DNA of 64,000 bases from Polyangiaceae bacterium. GTDB lineage: Bacteria > Myxococcota_A > Polyangia > Polyangiales > Polyangiaceae. A model generated the notes under the pieces. The model was given only the letters and a program-made list of their open reading frames with translations. It did no database searches and had not been told where the DNA came from. Shown here piece by piece: positions 1-8,509 of this stretch (positions within the stretch are counted from its first letter, which is position 1; every line of letters begins with the position of its first letter). A program made the translations under genes and the position numbers. The stretch lies in the NCBI GenBank assembly GCA_050287085.1, contig JBNKBE010000003.1:319577-383576 (forward strand), written 5' to 3'.

Positions 1-875
1 CCCGGTGCCGGATACTTGGGAAACAACACGTATCCAGCGGCAGAAGCCCGAATTTCTGGGGTGCCGGCTTCGCTCAAGAGCTCTCCTTCGTCGACAGCAG
101 TCCAGTTGCATAGGCCGGCTCGCAGGCGCTCCGCCCCGGTGCGGACTGAAACCACCTCTCGCGTTGCAAACCACCGGACAGGCGCTCCCTCCGGCAACAC
201 GGCTCTGAGCGCCGCGCCGCGGGCCCCCGAGTCCACCAACGCAATAGCGCGCAGCATCGCTCGATAGGTTATCTCGGCCTGAGCGGGGTCATGACCCCGC
301 TCCCCCACCTCGAGCGTCAGCCCGACACGCCCGCGACCCCGGACATACTCGTCTAAGCAGCACGTGCCCGGCGAGAAGCTCTGACCTGCTGCGCGCGTCA
401 GCCCCAAGGGCGCCGCGGCCAGTGCGTTGGCCCAGTCGCCCAGATCATCTTGCCACGGAAAGGTCCAAAACGCCGAGGACGTCGGTGTCTGAGTCTGGTG
501 AAAATCTATGAATACGTCAGCATCGTCCAGTATCGGACGCACCCGCTCCGCCAGACGTCGTTCGTGGCTGCTCGCAGGACGGTCAAAGGTGAACACGCGA
601 TTAAAGTCCTCCTCCAAGAAGCGCTGCCCCGCGAGGGCCGCGTCGGTATTGCCGAGAAGGATTGTCACGCGGCTCCGGGTCTGCACTTCTCCATTCGCCA
701 AGGCGCGTACGAGACGCAGGGCGGCCGGCAAGGTTCCAAATTCGTTGCCGTGTGTCAGACACCCCAGCACGAGATGACGCTCGCAGCCGGTACCTGCGAA
801 GTGGTGACAATAGCGGTAGCTATAAGGGCCCGGATGCGCAAGAGCCTCAAACTCACGAAGCGAGTCGACCAGCAT
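1..875 (-). CDS. Succinylglutamate desuccinylase/aspartoacylase-family Zn hydrolase (M14-like); 3' end runs off the window
   Basis: Manual translation from ATG at 875: MLVDSLREFEALAHPG...LGCLTHGNEFG...LLGNTDAA...RFLEEDFNRVF...FIDFHQT...LTLEVG. The HGNE, DxNR, DFH and TLE motifs match the family. Absent from the ORF track because there is no stop codon inside the window. Confidence 0.8.
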   Translation of the reverse strand, partial: MLVDSLREFEALAHPGPYSYRYCHHFAGTGCERHLVLGCLTHGNEFGTLPAALRLVRALANGEVQTRSRVTILLGNTDAALAGQRFLEEDFNRVFTFDRPASSHERRLAERVRPILDDADVFIDFHQTQTPTSSAFWTFPWQDDLGDWANALAAAPLGLTRAAGQSFSPGTCCLDEYVRGRGRVGLTLEVGERGHDPAQAEITYRAMLRAIALVDSGARGAALRAVLPEGAPVRWFATREVVSVRTGAERLRAGLCNWTAVDEGELLSEAGTPEIRASAAGYVLFPKYPAP

Positions 876-1346
876 TCACCGCTCGTAGCTCACAACGCGC
901 TCAGACCAGAAGCAAAAGTGCAACGAGTGCAACAAGAACGCCGGGGGCACTACCCCGGTGCTCTCTCGGGCCGTGCTGACTCGACGACGTAGGCCGCAGC
1001 CCGCATCCCGGACCCCATAAAACCTCGCATTTCTGCGGACGGTCTGCCCCTGGCCCCTCACTTCGACGCAACGTATGGCCGGACGCTCAGCAATCGTTGT
1101 CCAAGGCCGAAGAGGGAGGCCGGCCCCAGGTCCAGACGGCCCGGATCACGGGTCACAATTCCGCTGCACTGCAAGCTTCCGAGAAGCGCGGACCTGCTTC
1201 ACCACCGACGTGACCAAGCTTTACTCGACATGGTATTCTTCCCTAGTTTTGTCGGGGGGTCCATTGCAGGACAACGCTCGGACCGTCAGGATTGCTGAGT
1301 CCCGGCGCGGAGCCCCCGCACTGACATCGAAAGCACACCATACGCC

Positions 1347-3770
1347 ATGCGCTTAGCTCAACCTCCCTTCCAGTCTCCGTCGACCGATAGTGCTGGCTCC
1401 CCCAGCAACCTCACCACCGGTAGTCTCACTACTGAGACGCCAGCACTGAGCGGCCCCGTCAGCGCCGATCTGGCGACGAATGGCGTGGTAACACCATTGC
1501 CTTACCTTGGGTCGCGGCGACGGCTCAGGACTGCGGTGCTGTCGACGACTCTCTCTTTGGCCGCCAGCGTCGTATTGCTCAGCTGCGCCGCCGGAGACAA
1601 GCCCAGCAACCCGGGTTCGGGCGACGGCAACGGCAGCCCCGGAGCCAATGGCGGCAACGGCAACGGCGGGGGCTCCAGCGGAAGCGGCTCGAATCGCGGC
1701 GACGGCCCCAAGACCCCAGTCCCGGGTGACACTGTCGAAGACGACGACTTCATCCTGGGCGGTGACCTGGCAGATCTTCCAGCGCCCGAAGGCTGCGGAG
1801 ACGGTACGCTCACCACCAACGAAGCCTGTGACGACGGCAATCTGAAGGATGGAGATGGCTGCTCCGCGAATTGTCTCCAGTTGGAACCTGGGTTCAGCTG
1901 CGCCGCCCCAGGTAAGGCGTGCCAAGCCATCGCTCGCTGCGGCGATGGCCTCGTGGCTTCGTCTGAACAATGTGACGATGGCAATCGCGTCGCGGGCGAC
2001 GGATGCAGCGAAAGGTGTCGCATCGAGCTCGGTAAGAAGTGCGAAGGCTCACCAAGTGTTTGCACGGACGCTGAGTGTGGGGACGGCAAGATCGAAGGCG
2101 CCGAAGCCTGTGACGACGGCAACAAGCAGCCCTTTGACGGTTGCTCCGCCGTGTGCCTGCGCGAACCCAATTGTGAAGGCCTCTCCTGCACCTCCGACTG
2201 CGGTGATGGCTTGGTCATCAACGAAGAATGCGACGACGGCAACAACATCGATGGCGATGGGTGTTCGTCTACGTGCAAGACCGAAGAAGGCTTCGCCTGC
2301 ATACAACAAGCCGTATGTGACAAGCTCGATCCGGATAGCGACGAGTGCATCCTGCGAGTACCGGCGATCTTCCGCGACTTCTCCGGAAGCCATCCCGACT
2401 TTCTGGACGCTACGGGCGACCGAATCACCGCCGGAGAGGTGCTTACGGGGTTGGTCAACGCCGAGCTAGATGCTGACGGCAAGCCCGCATTATCAGGTAC
2501 CAACCAGCGGGCAGCCCATATCTCGTCGGCCGAGTCTTTCTCGGAGTGGTACCGCGACGGGAAGTCTGAGTTTACGCTGGTGGGTGAACTCGTTCTCTTC
2601 GACAACGGTGACGGCGGCTATGTCAACCGCTTCGGCTCCGAAGGTGAGCAGTTCACCTCGATCGATAAGACGCAAGAGCAGGGCGCCGGCGCGAATCTGC
2701 AGCAGTGCGAGGCACGTTGCGCCGAAATGGCGCGCAACGCCCACGGCTCTGGCTGCGACAACCTATGCCGTCCAAGAACGGACGCCGTACGTCAAACCGA
2801 CCAGCAGCTGCAACAGGCGACCCAACAGCTGGCGGACGCGGAGAGGCAGCTCGACGACCAGATCCAGCAGGCCATCAACCAAGGGATTGACCTAGACGCG
2901 GGCGCCCCAATTGGCGTTACGCAAGCCCAAGAGCGTGTCGACGCGGCGGAAGCCACCATCGAAACCCTGACGCAGCAGGTTGCCGACCTCACGGCAATCG
3001 CCGAGGAGTGCACGACGGAATGCGAAGACGAAGTCGCCGAAGACACCAAGCTGTGCACAACTCAGTGTGGCCCCTGCAGCTACGATCCGGACCAATACTG
3101 CATCGGGGGTGAGTTGGTTTATTGGGATGGCAATCCGCTATTCTTCCCGGTGGACTCCGCCACTGGTGCCACCGTAGACCGGGGGCGAGCCAAGATTCCT
3201 GAGCAATACGGGTACGACGGCTGGCCCTGGGAGGACGAGTGGTTCCCGGACGCCCCCGCCCACAACTTCTACTTCACGTCCGAGGTGCAGTACTGGTTCC
3301 GCTTCGAGGAGAACACCAACGCGACGCTCGCCTTCACGGGTGATGATGATGTCTGGGTCTTCATCAACGGCAAGCTTGCCGTTGACTTGGGCGGCGTTCA
3401 CGTACCGGAGGACGGGACCGTTACCATCAACCAGGCAAGCGCCGCCAGGTTCGACCTCGAGCCCGGCAACGTCTACACCATCAAAGTCTTCCACGCTGAA
3501 CGACAGATGGAGGGCTCTTCCTTCAAGCTGACCCTCTCGGGCTTCGAAGCGACGCCGAGCGAGTGCAAGGCTGACTGTGGTGATGGCGTCCTCAGCTTTG
3601 GGGAGGAATGTGACGACGGCGTCAACGATGGCGGCTACGGCGAATGCGCCGAAGGCTGCGTACTTGGCCCATATTGTGGTGATGGCATCGTCCAACCCGG
3701 CGAGGATTGTGACAATGGCCCCGGCGGCGGCCCCGGCTGCCCCAACTGTCGCATCCTGATCATCCAATAG
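1347..3770 (+). CDS. Fibro-slime (PA14-like) domain lipoprotein with myxobacterial Cys-rich (DUF4215-type) repeats
   Basis: Lipobox-like VLLS-C, Gly-rich linker, 4 CGDG...ExCDDGN repeats, then IFRDF...HPDF, HNFYFTSE, GDDDVWVFINGKLAVDLGGVH and FHAER, then 2 more repeats. Start codon uncertain. Confidence 0.85.
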   Translation: MRLAQPPFQSPSTDSAGSPSNLTTGSLTTETPALSGPVSADLATNGVVTPLPYLGSRRRLRTAVLSTTLSLAASVVLLSCAAGDKPSNPGSGDGNGSPGANGGNGNGGGSSGSGSNRGDGPKTPVPGDTVEDDDFILGGDLADLPAPEGCGDGTLTTNEACDDGNLKDGDGCSANCLQLEPGFSCAAPGKACQAIARCGDGLVASSEQCDDGNRVAGDGCSERCRIELGKKCEGSPSVCTDAECGDGKIEGAEACDDGNKQPFDGCSAVCLREPNCEGLSCTSDCGDGLVINEECDDGNNIDGDGCSSTCKTEEGFACIQQAVCDKLDPDSDECILRVPAIFRDFSGSHPDFLDATGDRITAGEVLTGLVNAELDADGKPALSGTNQRAAHISSAESFSEWYRDGKSEFTLVGELVLFDNGDGGYVNRFGSEGEQFTSIDKTQEQGAGANLQQCEARCAEMARNAHGSGCDNLCRPRTDAVRQTDQQLQQATQQLADAERQLDDQIQQAINQGIDLDAGAPIGVTQAQERVDAAEATIETLTQQVADLTAIAEECTTECEDEVAEDTKLCTTQCGPCSYDPDQYCIGGELVYWDGNPLFFPVDSATGATVDRGRAKIPEQYGYDGWPWEDEWFPDAPAHNFYFTSEVQYWFRFEENTNATLAFTGDDDVWVFINGKLAVDLGGVHVPEDGTVTINQASAARFDLEPGNVYTIKVFHAERQMEGSSFKLTLSGFEATPSECKADCGDGVLSFGEECDDGVNDGGYGECAEGCVLGPYCGDGIVQPGEDCDNGPGGGPGCPNCRILIIQ

Positions 3771-3778
3771 ACTGGTTT

Positions 3779-3815
3779 GAGCGGTTCGGGCTCCGGATAC
3801 CGGAGCTCGACGCTC
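3779..3815 (+). terminator. GC-rich hairpin after the fibro-slime gene (terminator or mRNA stabiliser)
   Basis: gagcg..tcgggctccgg-ata-ccggagctcga-cgctc inverted repeat just after the stop codon; no U-tract. Confidence 0.4.
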
Positions 3816-3900
3816 TCGCGGCAGGCTCGCTGCGGCACTGGCGCTTGACGCCTTGAGCTGTCGTCAGTTGCTTGCTTCCCAGAGCGACCAACGCTAGTGC

Positions 3901-5139
3901 GTGAACATGGACTCGAATCCGCTCGACATCGTGTTCACCGGCTTTGGTGTGGTGAACCACCTAGGTCACGACGTAGAAGACGTAGCCACCCAATTGCGGG
4001 AAGGCCGGGGAAAGCCCTTTGCCCGTTGGCAGCCCGCCGTCGAATACGACGGACGTTGCCAGTTGCTCGGCCTGGTGGAAGCTGACCTGGGAAACAAGGC
4101 GCTCAACATCAGCGCCAGCCAAGGTCGCTTCCTGGGCCGTAGCGGACGGCTCGCCCTGCTCGCAGCGCGACAAGCGGTGGCGCAGTCTGGCTGTGATCCC
4201 ACAGAGTTGGCGGTTCTCGCAGGCAGTGGCGTCGGCGACTGCGATATGTTCGACGAAATCGCCACCAAGCTAAGCAAGACGCATAGCATGCGAAAGGTTA
4301 CGCCTGCTGCCGTTCCCAAGCTGATGGCCTCGACGGTCTCGGCCAACCTCGCCACAGTCTTCGGGGCACGAGGGCCTTCGTGCAGCGTCACTGCGGCCTG
4401 TGCCGGCGGCGCGTACAACATCACCCTCGGAGCGCTCCTGTTGCAGGCGGGCGCCGCCAAGGCTGCGCTCGTGGGCGGCGCCGAAGCAACTCATCTCAGC
4501 TTCTACTCCGGCTTTGACAGCATGCGCGCCTACAACGGAGACGACAACGAGCGGCCCGAACGCGCTTCCCGCCCCTACGCCAAAGACCGCGCCGGTTTCA
4601 TCTTCGCCGAAGGCGCGGGCATGGCGGTCATCGAAACTCGGGCTTCAGCGCACTCGCGCGGAGCACGAATTCTGGGTGAGCTCCGCGGCTTCGGCATGTC
4701 ATCGGACGGTACCGGAGACATGGTCGCGCCCAGCGCTGAAGGCGGTCTACGCGCCATGCAGGCTGCACTGCGACACAGCCAGGTCGCCCCGGTGGATATT
4801 GGCTACGTCAACACCCACGGCACGTCGACCCCGCTGGGTGACATCAGCGAAGTGCGTGCCATGCGCTCGGCTCTCGAGGGCCGCCACGTGCCCTATTCCT
4901 CGATAAAGGGCTACACCGGGCACTCGGTGTCGGCCGCAGGCGCCATCGAGGCGATCTTCACCCTAAAGATGCTCAACGAAGGGTGGGTCGCTCCCTGCAT
5001 CAACATCGACGAGCTCGATCCTGAGCTCACCGACTACCCGCCCGTCATCAGCCCCGGCCCCTTGGCAGCGGAAGTCGCTATGTCGAACTCGTTCGGCTTT
5101 GGTGGAACCAATATCACGCTCGTGCTGGGCAAGGCCTGA
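3901..5139 (+). CDS. Beta-ketoacyl-ACP synthase (FabB/FabF family)
   Basis: Cys-His-His triad motifs TAACAGG, NTHGTST and KGYTGHS; C-terminal SNSFGFGGTN. Alternative ATG at 3907. Confidence 0.92.
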   Translation: MNMDSNPLDIVFTGFGVVNHLGHDVEDVATQLREGRGKPFARWQPAVEYDGRCQLLGLVEADLGNKALNISASQGRFLGRSGRLALLAARQAVAQSGCDPTELAVLAGSGVGDCDMFDEIATKLSKTHSMRKVTPAAVPKLMASTVSANLATVFGARGPSCSVTAACAGGAYNITLGALLLQAGAAKAALVGGAEATHLSFYSGFDSMRAYNGDDNERPERASRPYAKDRAGFIFAEGAGMAVIETRASAHSRGARILGELRGFGMSSDGTGDMVAPSAEGGLRAMQAALRHSQVAPVDIGYVNTHGTSTPLGDISEVRAMRSALEGRHVPYSSIKGYTGHSVSAAGAIEAIFTLKMLNEGWVAPCINIDELDPELTDYPPVISPGPLAAEVAMSNSFGFGGTNITLVLGKA

Positions 5140-6148
5140 GCAACAATTCCAAAGGCGCCCCGTTTCCCGTCTATCAATTCGCCGCATCGCAGAGGCCACT
5201 TTTGACGAGTGGACGACGGCGTATGAGCAGAGTTCGGATGCCACCTTCTTTCAGGGGCCGACATGGCTCAACCTTTTCGCCAAGCACTCCGAGGTGGCCG
5301 CGCGGGCTCGCTGTGTCCGATTTGAGTGGCAAGACGGTCGGGTAGCCCTTCTGCCGTTTCTCCACACCTCGCCGCCGCTGGCGCAGTTGCGTGGAGGTGT
5401 CTATTGCTCTGCCGCCGACACGTACGGCGGACTGCTCGCGAGCGAGCCACTACCTTTGGAAAACGTCGTCCAGGTATGGCGATGGCTCTTGTCGCAGGCC
5501 GCCCAGGCGCGGGTGCGACCCAACCCGTTTTCTCCTTCACAGGTGGCGGCGTTGCTGGCGGCTCTTCCAGGACGAGCTTATGGGGTCAGCTATTGTCCTG
5601 ACGTCACCCACGCACTGCCTCTTTCTTCCCTTGCTGGCCCCATCTCTTCGCGTTTCCACGACAGTCACCGGCGTGCCACGAAGCGAGCGCGCAGGGCCGG
5701 GGTCAAGTGCTTTGCGAGTCGCTCCGCGAGCGCCCTCGAACGCTACTGGGAGCTCTACACCAAGGCGCGGAAGCGCTGGGGCACCAGCGCCGGCTCCCAC
5801 TACTCACTCGCGTTGCTGCAAGACCTGGCCCAGGCCCCTGGCGCCACACTGTGGCTTGCAGAACACAACGGACACACGATTGCTGGCGCCCTCCTCTTGG
5901 CCAGTAGGACCCACGTCGCATATTGGCATGGCGCCACCGATCATGAAGCTTACCAGTATCGACCGCTCCACTTCCTGCTTGAAAGCGCGATCGAAAGCGC
6001 CCGCGCTGCCGGCCATCGCTATTTTGACTTCAACCCGAGTGGCGGACATATGGGGGTTCGGCGCTTCAAGGCCGGTTTCGGCGCGGATATCGTAAGCAGC
6101 CCGATGGCGGTCGTAGCGGCTCCCGCGCGGCGCTTGCTCCGCGGCTGA
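5099..6148 (+). CDS. GNAT/FemAB-like acyl- or peptidyl-transferase
   Basis: DATFFQGPTW, YGG, RRATKRARRAGV, YWHGA, YFDF and FKAGFGA fit the FemAB-related GNAT pattern. Start uncertain (in-frame TTG/GTG overlap the fab gene end). Confidence 0.75.
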   Translation: MVEPISRSCWARPEQQFQRRPVSRLSIRRIAEATFDEWTTAYEQSSDATFFQGPTWLNLFAKHSEVAARARCVRFEWQDGRVALLPFLHTSPPLAQLRGGVYCSAADTYGGLLASEPLPLENVVQVWRWLLSQAAQARVRPNPFSPSQVAALLAALPGRAYGVSYCPDVTHALPLSSLAGPISSRFHDSHRRATKRARRAGVKCFASRSASALERYWELYTKARKRWGTSAGSHYSLALLQDLAQAPGATLWLAEHNGHTIAGALLLASRTHVAYWHGATDHEAYQYRPLHFLLESAIESARAAGHRYFDFNPSGGHMGVRRFKAGFGADIVSSPMAVVAAPARRLLRG

Positions 6149-6192
6149 AGAAGACCCTCCGGGCTAACTGGACGGAAGGAGTCGTAGTCGCC

Positions 6193-6771
6193 ATGCTTCG
6201 GAGACCGATGTTCAACTGGATGCAGACCTGGATGGAAGGCGGGCGCGCGCAGCTCGCCGAAGCGCGCCAGCGCGTTGAGCTGCGGCATCGCTTTCCGAGC
6301 ACCGCTTTTGAACGAGGGGTGCGGATCAAGGGTCCCCTCGACCATCTGGACATCGGGGCTGGCTCTGTCGTTCAATGTGGCGCCGTCCTACACCTAGGAG
6401 GGGGCACCTGGTGTCAGCATACCGGAGCACTCCGACTCGGCGCCCGCGCAGTGCTGTCGCCGCACGTGGTGATTTACGCGGCAGGGCCTGGAGGGGTCCA
6501 CGTCGGAGACGACTTCGACTGCGGTCCGGGCGTTGGTATCTTCGCGTCGCGCTCGCGTCTTCCCGGCGAGGCAGCACCTCACTACTTCGCGCCCGTGGTC
6601 ATAGGCAATCGCGTAACCCTCTTTGCCAACGCCGTGGTCAGCCCGGGCGTCACGATCGGGGACGGCGCCGTGATCGCAGCCTGCGCCGTGGTCACCCGCG
6701 ACGTTCCAGCTGGCGCCTTCGTAGGTGGCGCCCCTGCCCACGTGCTGCGAACAGGCAAGACGCCATCGTGA
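6193..6771 (+). CDS. Hexapeptide-repeat (left-handed beta-helix) O-acyltransferase
   Basis: APVVIGNRVTLFANAVVSPGVTIGDGAVIAACAVVTRDVPAGAFVGGAPA is a typical LbH acyltransferase C-terminus. Confidence 0.88.
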   Translation: MLRRPMFNWMQTWMEGGRAQLAEARQRVELRHRFPSTAFERGVRIKGPLDHLDIGAGSVVQCGAVLHLGGGTWCQHTGALRLGARAVLSPHVVIYAAGPGGVHVGDDFDCGPGVGIFASRSRLPGEAAPHYFAPVVIGNRVTLFANAVVSPGVTIGDGAVIAACAVVTRDVPAGAFVGGAPAHVLRTGKTPS

Positions 6772-7128
6772 ACGGCGGGTCTCTATCCAGCTCCCGTGGC
6801 AGCGTCGCAAGCGGCATCTAGCGATCCAGCGCTGTCGCCCCCTAGCCCTGCGCTGCCGCTGCGGGCTCCCTCGGCCCTTGCATGAGACGCGGGGGCCCAT
6901 CCGCGCTCTTCAGACCGGCGTGAAGAATGTCTGCGACGGGCCAGCTATGACCGTGCGCCCTTCCGGCGGGACGGGCCGCTTTTCGAGGCGGCGCGTCCAC
7001 GGCTCCGCCAGTCGTACACGACGCCCACCCAATGCGTTATCATGCACTCGCTTCGCCGCCTAGGCGAGGACATACGGGCTCCAGACAGCAACGGCGCGAC
7101 GCCGCGCTGCACAGGGGGTAATGGGTAC

Positions 7129-7797
7129 ATGGCAAGCTCAGCTCAAGCACGGAATTATGCGCTCCTTCTCGTATTGTTTGTGTTCTCCCTCGGGGCCATC
7201 GTGGCATCTTTGCCCGGGGACTGGAATACCGTGGACGGCTCCAAACACGCTGCCAATGTCTCCGGTATCGCGGTGGGCATGCTGTCGCTGATCCTTGGCT
7301 TCAGCAGCTTTCTTCAGGCAACGGAGTTGAACGAAATCAAGTCCCAACAAGAAGAACGAAATCTCCATCTCAGAGCGATCGAAACACAACTGAAGCAGAG
7401 GCAGTTTGTAGATCCTGGAGTCAAGACACTGCTCGAACTCCACAAAGACTTCTGGGACGAGAGCCTCGCGGAGGCTAGGTCAGTGCTGACAGGGACCCAG
7501 GCCTACGAGGCGTCCGCGGCCTGGTTGAAGCGCGAAGACGCGGATACCGAATACACCCTCGAACACTCAACAACGCTCGACAAGGTCGACAGACTTTGTT
7601 CGCTGGTTCTGCGTGCTTTGCACGTCGCTACTTCCGACAACGTTGGAGAGCGACGCGAAACATTCGCAGGCCTTGGCTTAACATGGTGGACCCATATTAT
7701 CGTAAACGGAGAGCACCTACATCCGGCCTATGTCGAGCAGAACTGGAAAAGCATAGCGCGTCTCCACGACCTCCTGGGCGCGGCAGCCCCTCTTTAA
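7129..7797 (+). CDS. Hypothetical membrane protein (2 N-terminal TM helices plus soluble helical domain)
   Basis: ATG 7129 after AGGGGG; hydrophobic stretches LLLVLFVFSLGAIVA and IAVGMLSLILGFSSFL; lower GC than neighbours. Confidence 0.6.
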   Translation: MASSAQARNYALLLVLFVFSLGAIVASLPGDWNTVDGSKHAANVSGIAVGMLSLILGFSSFLQATELNEIKSQQEERNLHLRAIETQLKQRQFVDPGVKTLLELHKDFWDESLAEARSVLTGTQAYEASAAWLKREDADTEYTLEHSTTLDKVDRLCSLVLRALHVATSDNVGERRETFAGLGLTWWTHIIVNGEHLHPAYVEQNWKSIARLHDLLGAAAPL

Positions 7798-7828
7798 GCC
7801 GGCAGTTCCGGAAGAACTCGAAGCAGCG

Positions 7829-8509
7829 CTAGTCCAACCGAATTGGCACGTGTTTCTTTGGCTTCTTCACCCGTCGCCGGCGCTTGGGTTTCGGCTTATC
7901 GTCAACCAGCGTCGGCGCATACACGAGCACGTCGTCTTGCTCCGCAGCGACCAGAGTTGTATTGGGATTCACGGGTTTGACATAGCGGTGAGCGCTGGTA
8001 TCGAGCGCTACGCCTATCCGTGCCGCCGGTGGGCGCCGGAGCAAGACATGCGCCACGCCGTACGCGTCGGTCTTAGCAACCTCCCGGCCGTCGACGGATA
8101 TGCCTATGTCTGGGAATCCGGTCCGAACCAGCAGCACGTTGTCTCGCTCCGTCGGCGTGCAAACCAACGCTTCCTGAATCGGGGCGATCTTGCCCGTCTG
8201 CATGGACCGCACCTGAGTTAACACCACAACAAACTCGTTTTGAGATGTTGTGAACCCTTCGGGACAAGTGAGGCCCCCCTTGAGACGAGTGCCGTCCGGA
8301 GCCTGATGGGTGAAGAGCGCCGTTCCGTTAGCATCCGTAACGCCCTCGCTATGGTGCTCCAACGCAACGCGTACACCCGTCAACGGCTGCCCGTCCGATG
8401 TCACTGTGATGGCGATTTGATGCTGGGGCACGGGCGGCTTTTCGCAGCCCAAGAGTCCCGCAAACGAGAGCCCCAGAATGCCAAGCCACCCCCCAAGGCG
8501 CGCTGTCAC
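7829..8509 (-). CDS. Tad-operon lipoprotein with two beta-sandwich-like modules and a Lys/Arg-rich tail
   Basis: Lipobox GLLG-C; duplicated G(V/K)TDA(N/Y)G(T/V)A-like motif; C-terminus KPKPKRRRRVKKPKK; GTGA overlap with the upstream gene. Confidence 0.75.
   Translation of the reverse strand: MTARLGGWLGILGLSFAGLLGCEKPPVPQHQIAITVTSDGQPLTGVRVALEHHSEGVTDANGTALFTHQAPDGTRLKGGLTCPEGFTTSQNEFVVVLTQVRSMQTGKIAPIQEALVCTPTERDNVLLVRTGFPDIGISVDGREVAKTDAYGVAHVLLRRPPAARIGVALDTSAHRYVKPVNPNTTLVAAEQDDVLVYAPTLVDDKPKPKRRRRVKKPKKHVPIRLD

Noticed and set aside
1502..2605. 367-aa antisense ORF, and similar long shadows (for example 53839-54945, 22027-23070, 44655-45575)
   Set aside because: They lie opposite well-supported genes, have no motifs, and are expected from high-GC codon bias.
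3901..5139. Type II PKS or secondary-metabolite cluster
   Set aside because: No chain-length factor, ACP, cyclase or reductase nearby; the sequence fits a FabB/FabF enzyme.
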